NCBI GenBank assembly: GCA_964187785.1
Contig: OZ076415.1
Coordinates: 51,026,001-51,090,000, forward strand
From: Amphiscolops sp. MND2022
Lineage: Eukaryota
Reading direction: 5' to 3'
DNA: 64,000 bases
Shown: positions 25,288 through 37,901 of the stretch, piece after piece
Layout of the letters: each line of letters starts with the position of its first letter
Position numbering within the stretch: position 1 is the stretch's first letter
The notes under the pieces: generated by a model
What the model saw: only the letters and a program-made list of their open reading frames with translations
Told to the model about the DNA's origin: nothing
Database searches by the model: none
Position numbers and translations under genes: made by a program

Positions 25288-26999
25288 TAAGCGCAGCCTT
25301 ATTTTCAACCTGTTACTGTGCAAATACTCCCCTAATAATTACTCTAATTGCTCTCAACATTATTCTCATTCACCCTAAATCATTGTCCATTATAAACTTT
25401 TCCCCAGCAACACCCATCTCTTGCATTAATTCCCATCAAAATTGAAGCTATTACGCCCCCCTGAAACGTCCAATTTTCTTACCGATCTTAAGGTTTTAAT
25501 AACCTTGTTGCAAGAAGTAGATTAACACATATAATCTCTATTTGCTGCTCAAATAGTTTCTTTTAAAGTTCATTCGAATTAGTCTAGTATAGTGAGAATT
25601 CATTCCATTATCCCCCCAACTCTAACGCATCTTAACTACCCAAAATTTTTTTTCCATAAACCTATTTCTGCCATTATTTCTAAAAACAACTGTAAAATTT
25701 CCTCGAAAATTTTCATATCGTTGTTTTTTTCTGCAATCATAACTTCAATTCTTCAAACTTCATTTAACTCGATACTCTTTCAAAGTGCCTCTCACTTTCT
25801 TCACTTTAATTTTGATGTGGTCTGTTCCACTTTCTTGAAACTTTCTCCTTCAAAATTTTTCCTTCAAAATAAACAATTTTTTACAGAAACTCCTTCTTTA
25901 CACTCCTCTCAGTTTTAACCTCAATAACTTCGGTTTTCAATAGAAAAGATATACTTCTTTTCTCTACGCTCCTAGTTAGCACAGTTGTATACCAACTCTA
26001 ATGCTAAATTAACTCCAATGGCTCTTCTAATATTTCTTTGTCAATTACTAAAAAATCACAAAACTTTTTGGTATCACCGAACTGTGAACAAACTGTGAGC
26101 AACAACTCTCAAATGTGTAAACTTAATATAATAAAGTTGTCTCGAATGAACTTTGAACATACCGCCAACATGCAACTGAATCATTCCAATTCTCATTTTG
26201 GTTTAGTTTGCATAACATGACATCAAAGATGAACCCTTAGGTTGACATGAAAACTAAGAATCTTCATCTGTCCCCTGCTTCACGTTTGTCAACACGGCTG
26301 CGATCTGTGCCTTGGACCACTCCGTCCTTTTTTTCTGTTTTTCTCGATGCTCAAAGGTCACTCGTTCACTGTCAATCGTTGTTCATTTCGTTTCCGTTCT
26401 TTTCAAAACCCGCCTGAAATATAAAGGAAAAAGTAACTAATGCAAAAAACTGTTACAAAATTCAAACCTACATTGAAATTGTCAATTTTTTTGAAAGATA
26501 TGATTAAAACTAAAAATTATTCATTTGAAACTGAAATTTGTTCATGCCCTTACACATTTTGACTTCACTCGCAGTACATTTTGATCTTAACTCTGCCTTC
26601 CAGAACCCTAGCAAGCTTGAAAGTGCATGTTGCCTGAATCTCACGTGAATAAAGGGAAGTAACAACTTATTAGATATAGCCGCAACTCTTACTTGTACCC
26701 CAATAAAAAATCTCCTATGGTTCTTTTTAGTTCTAAAATCACTTCTCCAAACTATTTTGAAAGAACACCCCAATATTTTCCTTTGAACTCCGCAATATTC
26801 TCTTGTCAAATATTTTTCATGTTTTACTAACTTTTGCATTTTTTTTCAAAACCCGGTCGGATGATATACATGTGATATAACACTTCAATAATCATCCCCT
26901 CACTCCTCGTCTGAATATCTAGACTTATATACACATACTTTGAAAAGTGATGTAATCTCATTTTTATTCCATTCACGATATTTATCCTTTTAGTTTGCA

Positions 27000-28327
27000 T
27001 CCTCGCCAGAACGGATGATAAAGTTTTGCCATCCAGTTGTTTCTAAATCAGGCCTGAAATCTGCAGCTCTATTAGAGTCTTAAAATCTTGAAGTACTTCT
27101 AAGACAACATCAACCAGATAAGAAAACGAGTACTTTAATTGGAACATGTAACAATTATAGTAGACCATATCCGAGATGTTCCGAAACAATATCAAATTAT
27201 TTCTTTGAATCATGAATGCCTGATCAAAAGTTCAAAACAAAACCGAATCTATCAGAGTGTTCAAAGCTGGGGGAAGTGTCTGACTATTGTTTCTGATTGC
27301 GTGCTTGCAGAGTAAATGAAAAACCTTAAAAACAGCGCGACTCTTGTTGATGCTTACATTCAGATAAAACTGTTGTCAATCTTGAGCGTAGTAACTTAGA
27401 AACTTTTGAGCCTGCTTTTATGACGTTCCAGTAAAGAAAGATGTGCGATCATTACTATTTGCGTGTGAAAAACTACTGAGCGTTAAAACAACTCGCTGTT
27501 TGTAGTCAAAATGACACCGGCCTTTTCTTGACACGTTTGCTTCAGATTGAGCATTTTGAACATTGTATTTGTCCTTGACACTTTTTTCAGAACTAGGTTC
27601 AACATTCCCAGTTGTGAAGAAAAGAAATTTGTGAAACTGGAAACTTATCTTCAAATAACGTGTCAATATCCAGCAGGTTGTTGAATTTGAACTCCAGAGT
27701 GTTAGCAACCAAAGCCAGCGAAACAGAAACAGAGATAGCAGTTGCAACCCGAATGAAAAACTTGGGTTGCATTTCGGACGTGGGTTGGCAAACAAATTTA
27801 TACCTTATCCAGGCAGTGGCGCAAACACAAGTTACTGTGCACAACTCGTTCAGATAAACTCGTAGGTAGGTGAAAACACACGCCCACGTACTTTCATAGT
27901 CAATCAAAACCCATGAACTTCTCAGGTAAATTTTATTGTAAAATCCGAAATCAACCAATGCTGCTTTGTCTAACTGCTTCTGATAACCAGCAACTGGATC
28001 ATGGAACAGGTTGGCGATCCCAGGGCCAATAATATCGCTCATCAAGTGCATGAAAATCGGAAAAAATTGCCACCGGTTATCCATATCTCTGAAAAGATGG
28101 AAAAACAAGAGCGAATCAAGAACTATTGTGGATACACTCAGGCACCTCGTTGTGAATTTCATCGCTGAAAAATGAGAGTAGAAATTGGCGTCAGGGGTGA
28201 AAAAGTTATCCGATGAAACAACTTCTGCGAATTTTTTATCGGCCAATTGATGCGGATCAAAGATAGTTCTATCTTCCACCACGTTGGTTGTTAAGGTTGA
28301 GCTGAAGCTGTCAAATGCTTGTCCCAT
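27000..28327 (-). pseudogene. Orphan class-A-like GPCR; TM1-TM4 open, 3' half frameshifted
   Basis: ORF from MGQAF (28327) to 27599: CLSVSTIVLDSLLFFHLF (TM1), WQFFPIFMHLMSDIIGPG (TM2), CVFTYLRVYLNELCTVTCVCATAWIRYKFVCQP (TM3, DRY-like), FFIRVATAISVSVSLALV (TM4). Then out of frame: IFLYWNVIKA (TM5 end, about 27440) and FQLKYS (TM7-like, about 27140). Confidence 0.75.
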
Positions 28328-28620
28328 TGTCACAAATAAAGCAGGCCAACACAATTTTTCTGAAAAATTAAAAATGGATTGTTTATAGTGAGCAATTTTG
28401 GTTCTCCTAATTATTCTAGCAGTTTCAGTATCTATGAAGTTTTGAAAAAAAACTCGAAATGTAGCGTCCAGCAAATAGAACACGACTTAGAACGGGACGA
28501 TGGTTAGGTAGCGTACACAGGAGACCGCCGTGGTCTAACAGCTCTGACTCATTTTATAGCTCCGAAGCGACATACCGGCACACTCCAAGTCCGGACACGT
28601 CTCTAAAGCACGTAAAAACT

Positions 28621-28930
28621 ATGGGATCCAAAGCTACTCATGAATACAATTGAGATCTATATTTCGATACACTAAAATCAATGAATTATGAAAGTAATAC
28701 TCCTATAAAATCTACTTTTCGGGTGGAAAAATTAACGAAATATCACCCCTAAAAAGGCAACAAAAAAGCCTCAAAAGAGCGCAAATTTTGCGAAAACCAT
28801 GGGATTCAAATCTACTCTTGAGTACAATTGAGATCTATATTTGGATACACCAAAATCAATAAATTATTAAAATAATTTGACTACAAAATCTAGTTTTCGG
28901 GTGGAAAAATTAACAAAAATACCCCCAAAA
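28621..28930. repeat. Diverged tandem duplication, period ~178 bp
   Basis: ATGGGATCCAAAGCTACTC...TTTTCGGGTGGAAAAATTAAC (28621) is repeated at 28799 (ATGGGATTCAAATCTACTC...TTTTCGGGTGGAAAAATTAAC). Confidence 0.75.
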
Positions 28931-29084
28931 ATGGTGAAAATCCTACCTATCTTGCGGCTGCAGGATACGCGGTGCCGAAAAGCGCCCTTAATGCTACCCG
29001 GGCCATTAAGGTAACCCTCAGAAATCAAGTAACAATATAACAGTAAAAACATGCATGAAACCCAAAAAAGAATGACCGTCAAAA

Positions 29085-29366
29085 TTAGAGGGGGGAATAA
29101 GATCTAAAGAATAAGATCTAAAGTCCAGAAAGGGAATAAGATTTAAAGGGAATAGGATCTAAAATTTCAGAGCAGGAATAAGATCTAAAAGGAATAAGGT
29201 ATAAAATCAATGCACTTTAGATCTTATTCCCCTTCTCTAAAGAATAGGATCTGAAGGGAATAGGATCTAAAATTTTAGATCTTATTCCCCTTTTCGAAGT
29301 TGAGCATGTTATAACTTTAGATCTTATTATTTTAGATCTTATTCTTTAGATCTTATTTCCCTCTTC
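29085..29366. mobile_element. MITE with internal AATAAGATCTAA subrepeats (Mutator-like TSD length)
   Basis: Inverted ends AGAGGGGGGAATAAGATCTAAAGAATAAGATCTAAA / TTTAGATCTTATTCTTTAGATCTTATTTCCCTCT. Flanking duplication CCGTCAAAA(TT) at 29076 and 29367. Confidence 0.65.
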
Positions 29367-29869
29367 CCGTCAAAATTTGACGCGCCGAAATTTGAATTAT
29401 TAATTTTGAATTCGAATTTTTCAAAAAAAGTTTCACCGGTGGCCATTGGTGATCCACCGGTGGTCACCGGTGGGTTGCGGTGGGTTTCCAGTACGGGATT
29501 ATAATGGGAAAACTATGGGTAAATTATAATTTAATTCTTTCCGAATCAGCAATATAAGCACGGGGGCAAAGTAGGATGAAACCCGTTTTTGATTTTGCTC
29601 ATCCGAACAAGTTGTTAATAAATTTTGCACTCACACCTAGCACGAAACAGTTTAAAATTATGTCATGGTTGCCTGCAAATCGATGAGAAGAGCCATATAG
29701 TTCCATACCACTCGACGTATAGAAATGGCACAAATTTGGCGTACGGAACCATATAGTCCCATGCAATAAATTGTATGGAATCGAATTTTGCTTTGAATTC
29801 GTGTTGTGCAGTTGGGTTCACGTTTGGATTCTATCAAAACATCGAAAAAACCTCAAGGTATATTCTTGT

Positions 29870-30801
29870 CGTCACCCGGGTGAGGTTCACCTGGAGCGGC
29901 ACATCTGAATAGGGCTATGAACTACTTCCTAAAGCGGGCGTAAAAACAGCGAATCTGACGTTGCTGTTGTTGGGAAATGTAAACTGATACAAAGTTTATG
30001 GGCGAAAGTATTTCTCTATTATTCAATACTACAACAGATAACCTACAAAAAAATTCAACTTTTTGGAATGCGAAATGATGGATTGTGAATATCAAACACT
30101 GGAAAAACTTTACATCTCCAATAATTCTTTTTGCAGCAGAAAGGCTAAGGATCATGTGAATAGTGAAAGAAGGGGCCCCTAATATCTATTTAGTTTTTTC
30201 ATCCAAAGATCTTCGATGTATCTGTCTGCGAAATTGGAGAGAAAAGTTCCTCCGGGGCCGATAGTTGTGCCGGTTTCCCATGGGAGGTATGAGGTTAAAT
30301 GAGGCCGTGATAATTTTGAGAGACTCCACGGAAAAAAATAACTGTTTCGATCACTGCAGTTCCTACGCAGACCGAGAAAACAACGAAGGATCGAGCTGTT
30401 GTCAGAAACTCGTTTTGTTATTGATTTCGGAGCCAAAAAAAATTATGTTGAATCACTGTCAGTTTCTTCATTTTGAAGAGTGAATAAAAAGATTTAATTA
30501 TGGTCATTTATACGATTGAAGAACACTGGAATAAGGCCTAAAATTACAATCACGTGAACTCATCCTTAATGAAATGACTGTATTCTTGTATAATAAGGCC
30601 GTACATCAAGCTATCGGTGAAAAACGAAGTCGGAGAAGTTATGACGCTCAAGATGAAAGCTATAATCTTATATTCGTTGCTGGGAAAGTTTTGAAACGTA
30701 GGTTGCGTGTAATCATGTGGCGCAACATAAGGTGTTGGAGGATAACTTATTTGAGTTTTTGGTTGTTGTATGTGGTTATAAAAAAAGACTAGAAGACACA
30801 A
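29870..30801 (-). pseudogene. Possible decayed GPCR N-terminal half
   Basis: YKIIAFILSVITSPTSFFTDSLMYGLII (TM1-like), DEFT*L*F*ALFQC (cf. RWQFFPIF), TIGPG (30255) and FIALFRCAAP (TM3-end-like, about 29880), in colinear order. Confidence 0.33.
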
Positions 30802-31389
30802 TTGATAACTAAATATTGTCGTTCGAAGAGTTAAAATAGTTGGTTGAGTTTGAAAACTAGGTTGACTTTGAAACGTTAGCTGAGTTCCCTTGTTGAACTT
30901 GCTAGAACTTTCTTTCTTTACACTTTCCAGCTACTTTTTCAATGATTTTCAAAATCTCTTGCGCAAACATTAGTGCATTAATATTTCCCTGTTGTGATCA
31001 ACTTTTATCAAGCTGCTTGAAAGAGTCATCAAAGTTTTGGCAGCAATTTCAAGACGTAAAGTTCTGCAAGTTTTATAATGCATAAGTTCTGATTTTAAAT
31101 GCACCTGAGACGTTAACAATTTTGCCGCCATTTCAATGCAAATTAACTTCATTCACAAAGTAAACAACAAACTAGCGTCATCTTCAGCGTCCTAGTTGAG
31201 AAGCGGTGATTAAATTAGATGACTAGTTGAGAAGTTAATGTGTGATTACAGCTAGATCAGGTCCGTAAAAAAGTGGGATTCGTTTTAAAATTTAATTGCA
31301 GTATTGAAAAACGCAGAGTAATTCCACAAGAGTTACTACAAGATGCTTACTGAGTTTTCTAGGTTTTTTAAAAACAATATACTTCATTC

Positions 31390-32560
31390 AGGCCTGCAGC
31401 ATGTAAAAATTTCAAGCAGACTCAACTAGGGTTTGTATGATTGCAACTTTGTTCAACAACTGTATTGAAGAAGGCATTTTCGCGATTGCTTCAAAACAGC
31501 TAACGTAAGACCATTATATGAAAAGGGTGATCGCAAAGTCCCAGGACACGACAGACCAATCAGTCTTTTGGATTCATTGAGCAAATTTTTCGAAAATCTG
31601 TTGCACAAATGAATGATGAAATTTTGTGAGTCAAATAACCTTCTACATGAAACTCAAATTGAGTTTAGATCTAAAATGTCTTCGCTTCATGCCATTACCA
31701 CAGCTACTGAATAAGAGCAGCTATCGAAAGGAAGTATTCAGGTCAATCTTGTTTTATTGATGTGCAAATTGCCTTTGATGCACTCAATCATGAAATAATT
31801 TTCAGAAAATAGAAATTTATGGTTTCAGAGGCAAAGACTTGAGTCTTATTGCCACTTTTTTGAAAGCCTCTTGAAAAGTGGAAGAAAGGAGAACTTGTTT
31901 TACAACCAGTTGGTGAAAGATTGTCAAACTGGTTCATAAGAAAACTAATCATCACTGTCGGGAAATAAGAATTTATTTCATTTGGCACTGGAGTTCCACA
32001 AGAGCATCATCTTTTGCAGAAGCCTTTGACTCATACAAAGTCATGCGATTACCTTAGTCATGCGAAGCCCTTGATTCATAAAAAGTAATGCGAGTACCAT
32101 AAGTTAGGGCTATATTTAGATGAATCGTTGAGATTCCGTGAGAACAAAGTTTATGTTGTTTAAAAACTCAATGAGTTTTGTGGCCTAATTTATACAATAT
32201 GATAGCAATAAACAAATTTCCTGCTGTTGATGCTCTATACTTCGTGTGCCAAGTCTGCCATTAGTTATGCTTTAATATTATATGGAACTGCTGCTAAAAC
32301 TAACCTAATGAAAGTTGAAAAAAGTTGAAAAGGCTCAAAGCAAAATTTTATAGAGTCATTTTTTTTCAGCGAAAGATCGATTCCTCAAACAACACTTGGT
32401 ACGAACACAAGATCCAGACTGTATTTAAATTGTTTATTTCTGAATTGTATACATATTTGAAAATTATAGGACTGTCGTCAAGTGTAAATTTCTTGAAAAT
32501 CGGTTTCGGAAACTTTACAACTGTTTGTTGAATTTGGATTTGATACCGCAAAACACTTTT
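31390..32560 (+). mobile_element. LINE (CR1/L2/Jockey-like) reverse transcriptase pseudogene
   Basis: LFNNCIEEGI, FKTANVRPLYEKGDRKVPGHDRPISLLDSLSKFFE, FIDVQIAFDALNHE, GVPQ, LGLYLDESLRF and YALILYGTAAKTNL, with stops and frameshifts. Confidence 0.85.
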
Positions 32561-32789
32561 GAATATGACCAAGTCAAAAATGAAGTCAAATGTTGACAGT
32601 GTTATTCTAATGTATGTACGTCACAACAGAGAGGTATTATCATTGTTTTTTCGAAGATTGCATATAATTTCTATATGAGAATGTAAATGCCAAAATCATT
32701 GAGCTACTTTCTGTAGAAGAAACGATTGCTTCTAGGGTTTTCTTTATTCATCCACTTATCTGGTTCTAAAGGACAGGGATTTGACGAGC

Positions 32790-33460
32790 GGTCTGCTCTT
32801 TTCCTGCCCTGATTGCTTATTTTCTAGCTACATTTATATAAAAGTTTTGTTCTTTATTTTATGTGTCTTGTATATCCAATCAAAGTGACTGTTCTAATTT
32901 GTAGTGGGTGTGGGCATGAAAGAGAATTAGTGGATATTGGTAGGGCTGATGCAGGTGGTATTATTGGAGTAATTTGAGTTCAGTAGTTACTTGAATATGA
33001 ATTACAGAAAAGTGAGAAGAACATAATTGAGCTAGCTAAGAAGAATGATGAGTATTGGTGTTGAAAAGATATTGACAAAGTGCTGTAAATGGTGGTGATG
33101 TTGAAGGCATACTGCTAAGTGTTTGGGGAGAGTTTCTTATAAAGGTTGCGTAGTTATAGGATTTACTCATGATGGATCAAAAATTTAGAGGTGGATTACC
33201 AGGAGTTTGTTTGGAAATATAATATTGTTGATATACATAGGAGGTTTTTTTACATTTGGAGGTTGTAGTAAGGAGTCTGGGTAAGGTCTAACTGGATTCA
33301 ATTGACAATATCGATATGCTCATTGAGACGAATATAGTAGTTTTGAAATGATCTATAGAAACTCGAAGTTGTAGAAAGAAGGATGCTCTTAACTATCATC
33401 TGAAATAACATAACAACTTTTCACGGTTTTCGAAACGAAAAAGAAAAGTGCGGAACGCAC
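32790..33460 (-). mobile_element. Fragment of the large Gypsy family's 3' accessory region
   Basis: Mirror (G/A-rich) composition; the reverse complement shows patchy similarity to 23150-23650. Confidence 0.4.
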
Positions 33461-33594
33461 TTTGAACACGGAGATTTATTCATTGATAGTTGTGTAGGTT
33501 TTTGGAAATATTGAAAATGAAGTTTGAATTGCAGGTTTTGTCAAAATATGTCGTTGTTGACATGTCGTTGTTGACATGTCTTTGTTGACAATTA

Positions 33595-33772
33595 TTAAAA
33601 ATATATACCCTCCAACATTTAGATTCAAAAGAAAACGTTTTCGTTGCAATACTAATTGAACTACAAGAAGCCATTTCACTGCAGTGAATTGCATTCTTGT
33701 AGTTCAATTAGTATTGCAACGGAAACGTTTTCTTTTGAAGCTAAATAAACGTTGGAGAGTATATATTTTTAA
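33595..33772. repeat. Spacerless near-perfect palindrome (foldback/MITE-like)
   Basis: Arms of about 87-91 bp centred on TTCACTG|CAGTGAA (33681/33682), with a few mismatches and one small indel. Confidence 0.85.
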
Positions 33773-34522
33773 AAATTGAAAAATTATCTCTCGGGAATTT
33801 GTGTTTCTGTGGAGGAAATTGAAAAAAAAGAGATTCAACAGGTGTTTATGTTGAGTGATAACAATCAATATGAAACTGTTCCATATAGGAGTGGTGGTGT
33901 TCGAGGAAAATATGGGAGGTATTTTCTATTGAGGCTGAAGCAATTGGAAGTGTAACAAAACTACCCGGGTTGGCCCTCTTACTAGATAGCATCTTGGCAG
34001 TCTTGGCAAGATCTTGCCAAATTCTTACTACATCTTGGCAACCATGGATCCCATGGCAAGATTCTTATTAAGATCGTACTAAGATAATACATTATACCAA
34101 GATCGTTTCTTATCACGATGGACAAAATTATAAATAACACTATACCTTCGGTACGAGCAGCAGCAGAGTCTCAATATAAAGGCTCATTTCACCCAGTAAC
34201 GACTATTTCCACACGTTTTCATAATCAAAATGCTTCAACCTGCTAAAACAAATTTTCACGCAAAAATGTGCAGAAAATTACGATAACGTATTCTGGTTTC
34301 CGAAATTCTGACGAGAATCCTAATAACTCCTCGCCTGTTTCAGCAGCCATGTTAATGCTGGAAACGGCTGGCATTGCCCCAGTTTGGGTAATGACTCTCC
34401 TCGAGGCTGACGCCGTTGTTGGCGACGGTTTTGCAATTGATTGATCAATTTAATTAGTGCCTCCCTAGATAAAAGGCGTGAGGACTCTTAGGAAATTTTT
34501 CTTGGAAACATGGCTTTCTTGA

Positions 34523-35567
34523 TGTTACCAACATTGACAGAGGTGTTCGCATTTTCGAAACGTACAGTTTTGGTCGGTGTGAGCGTAGCGCTAATGGGAG
34601 GTTCCAAGACTTCGTCATTGAAATTAGGTCTTTTTTCCAAACTTGAAGACTTTATTGCCATTATAAGCTCTTTCTGAGATCGCTCCAAGAGCGTTTTTAA
34701 CTCTTCAGTTATTTCCTTTCTCAGAGAAGCTTTCAAGTTTTCAAAAGATTGGTCCACTTGAGGTACAACTCTACTGGTTGAAGAACTAGGTTCTGAATCT
34801 ATTTCCTCCCCTATGACGATACTACTGACCCTGAGGAGGTTTGCTGACTGATCTTTATCGGTCTCTTCTATACTCATCCCTGCTCTCCTTTTCTGGCTCC
34901 TTGTAGACATCTTGGCTTTGAAAATGAAGTTTTGAAGATTTTATTTCAGAGTCCAAAACAAAATTGACAAACAAAACGTTATGAAAGATAAAACAGCATC
35001 AAAGATTAAAGATTAAATTCTCAAAGCGTCTCAAGTATATATACCTTCCTAACATCACGTGACCACGCGCGCGTTGCAAAGATCGACAAAAAGAATCCCT
35101 CATATCCGGTATTCTCACGATCATATCACGTCCGGCGTCCCTGACGCTGCGCCTAGATTCAGTAGAACCATACTTTATGTGAACAAGACTTGATCATAAT
35201 TTCCTTTTACGGTAGAAAATTCTTTAGTGGAGAAAAATGTTTGAATAACAATTTCCATTAAACCGGAAGTAGGATCTTACATAATTTCGTTTTTATCGAA
35301 ACAACCAACTTTGACTCCATAAAGAGCGGGAAAACTTTAAATCCGCAGGAAGTGATCATTAAATTTTGCGGGAACATAGAAAGAGAAAACCTAGTTGTCT
35401 GCGAGACAAGAGACGAGCAGAGGTGACTCATTCATTTGTGTGATGTTAGGTAAAGCACAAAATTGAAGGATTTATGGTATTTTATGAGTATCTCATTTTT
35501 AGGAAAAGTATGAAATGAATTTTCAATTACAACAAATTTTTAAACCTGGAAACGAACAACGTTTTAT
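34523..35567 (-). mobile_element. LTR of the MSTRSQ family, truncated by the assembly gap
   Basis: Ends ...GGTAACA at 34523 and is colinear with 56815-57800. Contains ORF MSTRSQKRR (34910), TATATATA and a TCACGTGAC box. No PBS follows. Confidence 0.8.
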
Positions 35568-35767
35568 NNNNNNNNNNNNNNNNNNNNNNNNNNNNNNNNN
35601 NNNNNNNNNNNNNNNNNNNNNNNNNNNNNNNNNNNNNNNNNNNNNNNNNNNNNNNNNNNNNNNNNNNNNNNNNNNNNNNNNNNNNNNNNNNNNNNNNNNN
35701 NNNNNNNNNNNNNNNNNNNNNNNNNNNNNNNNNNNNNNNNNNNNNNNNNNNNNNNNNNNNNNNNNNN
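35568..35767. other. Scaffold gap (200 N)
   Basis: Run of N; the true length is unknown and it probably hides retroelement internal sequence. Confidence 0.98.
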
Positions 35768-35796
35768 ATCGGGTGGGTATGTCCTGGGTTGTGGTA

Positions 35797-35809
35797 ACTC
35801 CTGTCACCA
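35797..35809 (-). promoter_or_regulatory. Primer-binding site
   Basis: TGGTGACAGGAGT immediately after the LTR end ...CAACACA; identical to 56802-56814. Confidence 0.8.
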
Positions 35810-37719
35810 TGTGTTGACCGTGATTAGGGAGCAAATCACTTGGTTCAACTAGTCTATATCTATACTCCGCGTTTTCTGCATCCTCGTCGTTGGGACCACG
35901 ACGCACGTTGTTAGGCGGTCTTTCTGTCAGCGTATCGATTTTAGAAGTCAGGTTTTCTATTATCTTCAGAATCTCGCGCTGTCCGACTTCCGCGTCTTTG
36001 ATTCTTTTACTTACAGATTTTTCTATCTTTTCAGATAATTCCGTAAAATCCTTATCGGACAAACTAGCAGCGTTTTCAGTTCTCATGCTAGAAGATTCAG
36101 GTTCGTCTAAAGAGTTCACAGGGGAATCCCTTCTGGCTTTTCTTTTGGAGCTACGTTCTGGCATCTTACTTAGGCTTGATAATTCTCGATTTTCTTTTTT
36201 AAGGAAATTAGAGCAAGTTCTCAAGTGACAAAGTGTGACGTTTCAAGATTTTTAATTATCGTTAAACGAAAGATAATTGTTTCGCAAAATAACAAAATTC
36301 AACTAAACATGGCTTCTAGCTCGCATTGTATTTATACTTTCCATCCCGGAAATCGGGGAAAAGACACGAACATACTTCACATTTTGTTCAGTCCGGCGTC
36401 CGTCCGAGGCAGGGAAACAGGAAGTTCAGTTCCGCTTTGTCGAACTCAGGCCTTCAGCTTGTTCATGCTTTCCGAAGAAAGCACGCGCCCACTTCCGGCC
36501 TTAGTTGCGACTCTGCTTCCCTTCGCCTCTGATCTCCCGCCTTTTCAGGACGCCGAACTGAAAAAAATTATCAAGACACGCGCAATGAGTCACTGAACAA
36601 GGTTGATTAACTGCACAAATTTGGAAAAAATGATGACAACCAATTTTCCTTTACAAATAATTCTCTAGATTAAATAAATCAGCAACAATTTGGATGAAAT
36701 TAAACCTGAATCACACATTAAGTTTTAAATGAAAAGGGTAGAATTGCTTCTACAGTATTTACGGCTCTGATTTTTGGTCAAGATCACGAAGCCTGGCCCC
36801 AGGCCATAGTCCGGGACGGACAAATTTGTTCAATGGATAAAGCAACTATTAATTATAAACAGCATCAGATACATTGTTCAGAAAGGTATTTAATGTAATT
36901 AAACGGCAACAGATTCAGGGGACAGGATATACATGTTATTAACACTTGGTTTGATATTCAGTACTAAATCTTTGGTCCAGGCTGCGGTTCAGGCCTGTTT
37001 ATAGATTAATCAAAATTTACATGTAAAAGAACGTTGTATGTGATATTTTAAACGACGATATAGTTTAAGATCATAAATAATTTTCTCTAGATTCATTTCG
37101 AGACAAAGTTACATGATAGCATCATCATCTTTCACTTTCGTGATCGATTTATCGTATGTAATTCTCAGGCCGCATCCCAGGCCACGGTACGTGATACTCT
37201 ATTAAGTTAGCACAGAAATCTCAATCGTTGGTATATTTGCACTTGTATTGTTAATAAAACACTGCACTAGACATTAGTTCATTTACATGTATTCACTATA
37301 ACGCGCGCTTGCATATTAGTTCACTGAGTTTATAATTCTCAGGCTGCCTGCCAGGCCGCCGCTTCAGTGCGAGTATTTGAGGCCGGCTGTCAGGCCTCAG
37401 TTCCGCCTTCGATTTCTTAGTTCGTTCACTGAGCGGTGCAATTCGATTATTTTTATTACATAGTTTTGTATTATTATTAACTGCACAAATAGCTCCGTTT
37501 TTCCGTAAGTACGTGTTTATATAAGTGTACATTATTATGATAATAATACTAATATGCATATATTTATTAATTTAACTTCAAATTTATATTGTTTAACTCC
37601 TTTGTTTCTGATTGTTTGTCCGCTGTCTATTTCCTCTTCTTTTGTTCTTTTCCCAATTTATTCTTCGAAGACTGGGTTGTGTTTGTTGCAATACTCGCAG
37701 CTCAGGCGGGGCTGTGACA
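35810..37719 (-). mobile_element. 5' LTR (~1.9 kb) of a related subfamily
   Basis: Termini TGTCACAGCCCC (37719) and ...CAACACA (35810), followed by the PBS. ORF MPERSSKRK (36164) reads in frame through the PBS (QHMVTGV) to the gap. Confidence 0.75.
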
Positions 37720-37901
37720 ATGTTCACTCTCACTTCATGCCGGGAATGCAACGTAGTTTCTTCACACTGAGTTACGTTTGGCTGCTGCTGCTGCTGTTTT
37801 TTCGTACTGTGAAAAAAAAGCCATGCATGCTTAAAGTGTGAACGGGTCGCCGAAATGAGTGAGCGAAGGCGGCGGCAGTACAAATGCGTGAACACAACAA
37901 G

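Larger units (their letters stand above)
11591..26957 (+). mobile_element. Large decayed Ty3/Gypsy LTR retroelement with env-like and accessory ORFs; RT/RNase H not seen
   Basis: Imperfect ~95-bp direct repeats at 11591-11685 and 26865-26957 (shared core TCTAGACTTATATACACA). Internal order is gag-protease-integrase-env. The sense strand is strongly C-rich and G-poor; there are many stops and frameshifts. Confidence 0.8.

Noticed and set aside
12200-26200. Many short Leu/Phe/Ser-rich ORFs read as membrane proteins
   Set aside because: By-products of the C/T-rich strand skew and of frameshifted retroelement ORFs.
10020-28327. Single GPCR gene made of the 28 kb N-half and the 10 kb C-half with a retroelement-filled intron
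   Set aside because: The 28 kb copy has its own out-of-frame TM5/TM7-like remnants, and the 41 kb paralog shows TM3-TM5 contiguous, so two separate copies are more likely. Not fully excluded.
35515-35817. ORFs spanning the N run
   Set aside because: Artefacts of translating through the scaffold gap.
34523-37719. One element with 3' LTR at 34523 and 5' LTR at 35810
   Set aside because: The LTRs belong to different subfamilies, the flanks (CTTGA versus ATGTT) are not a TSD, and the gap prevents resolution.
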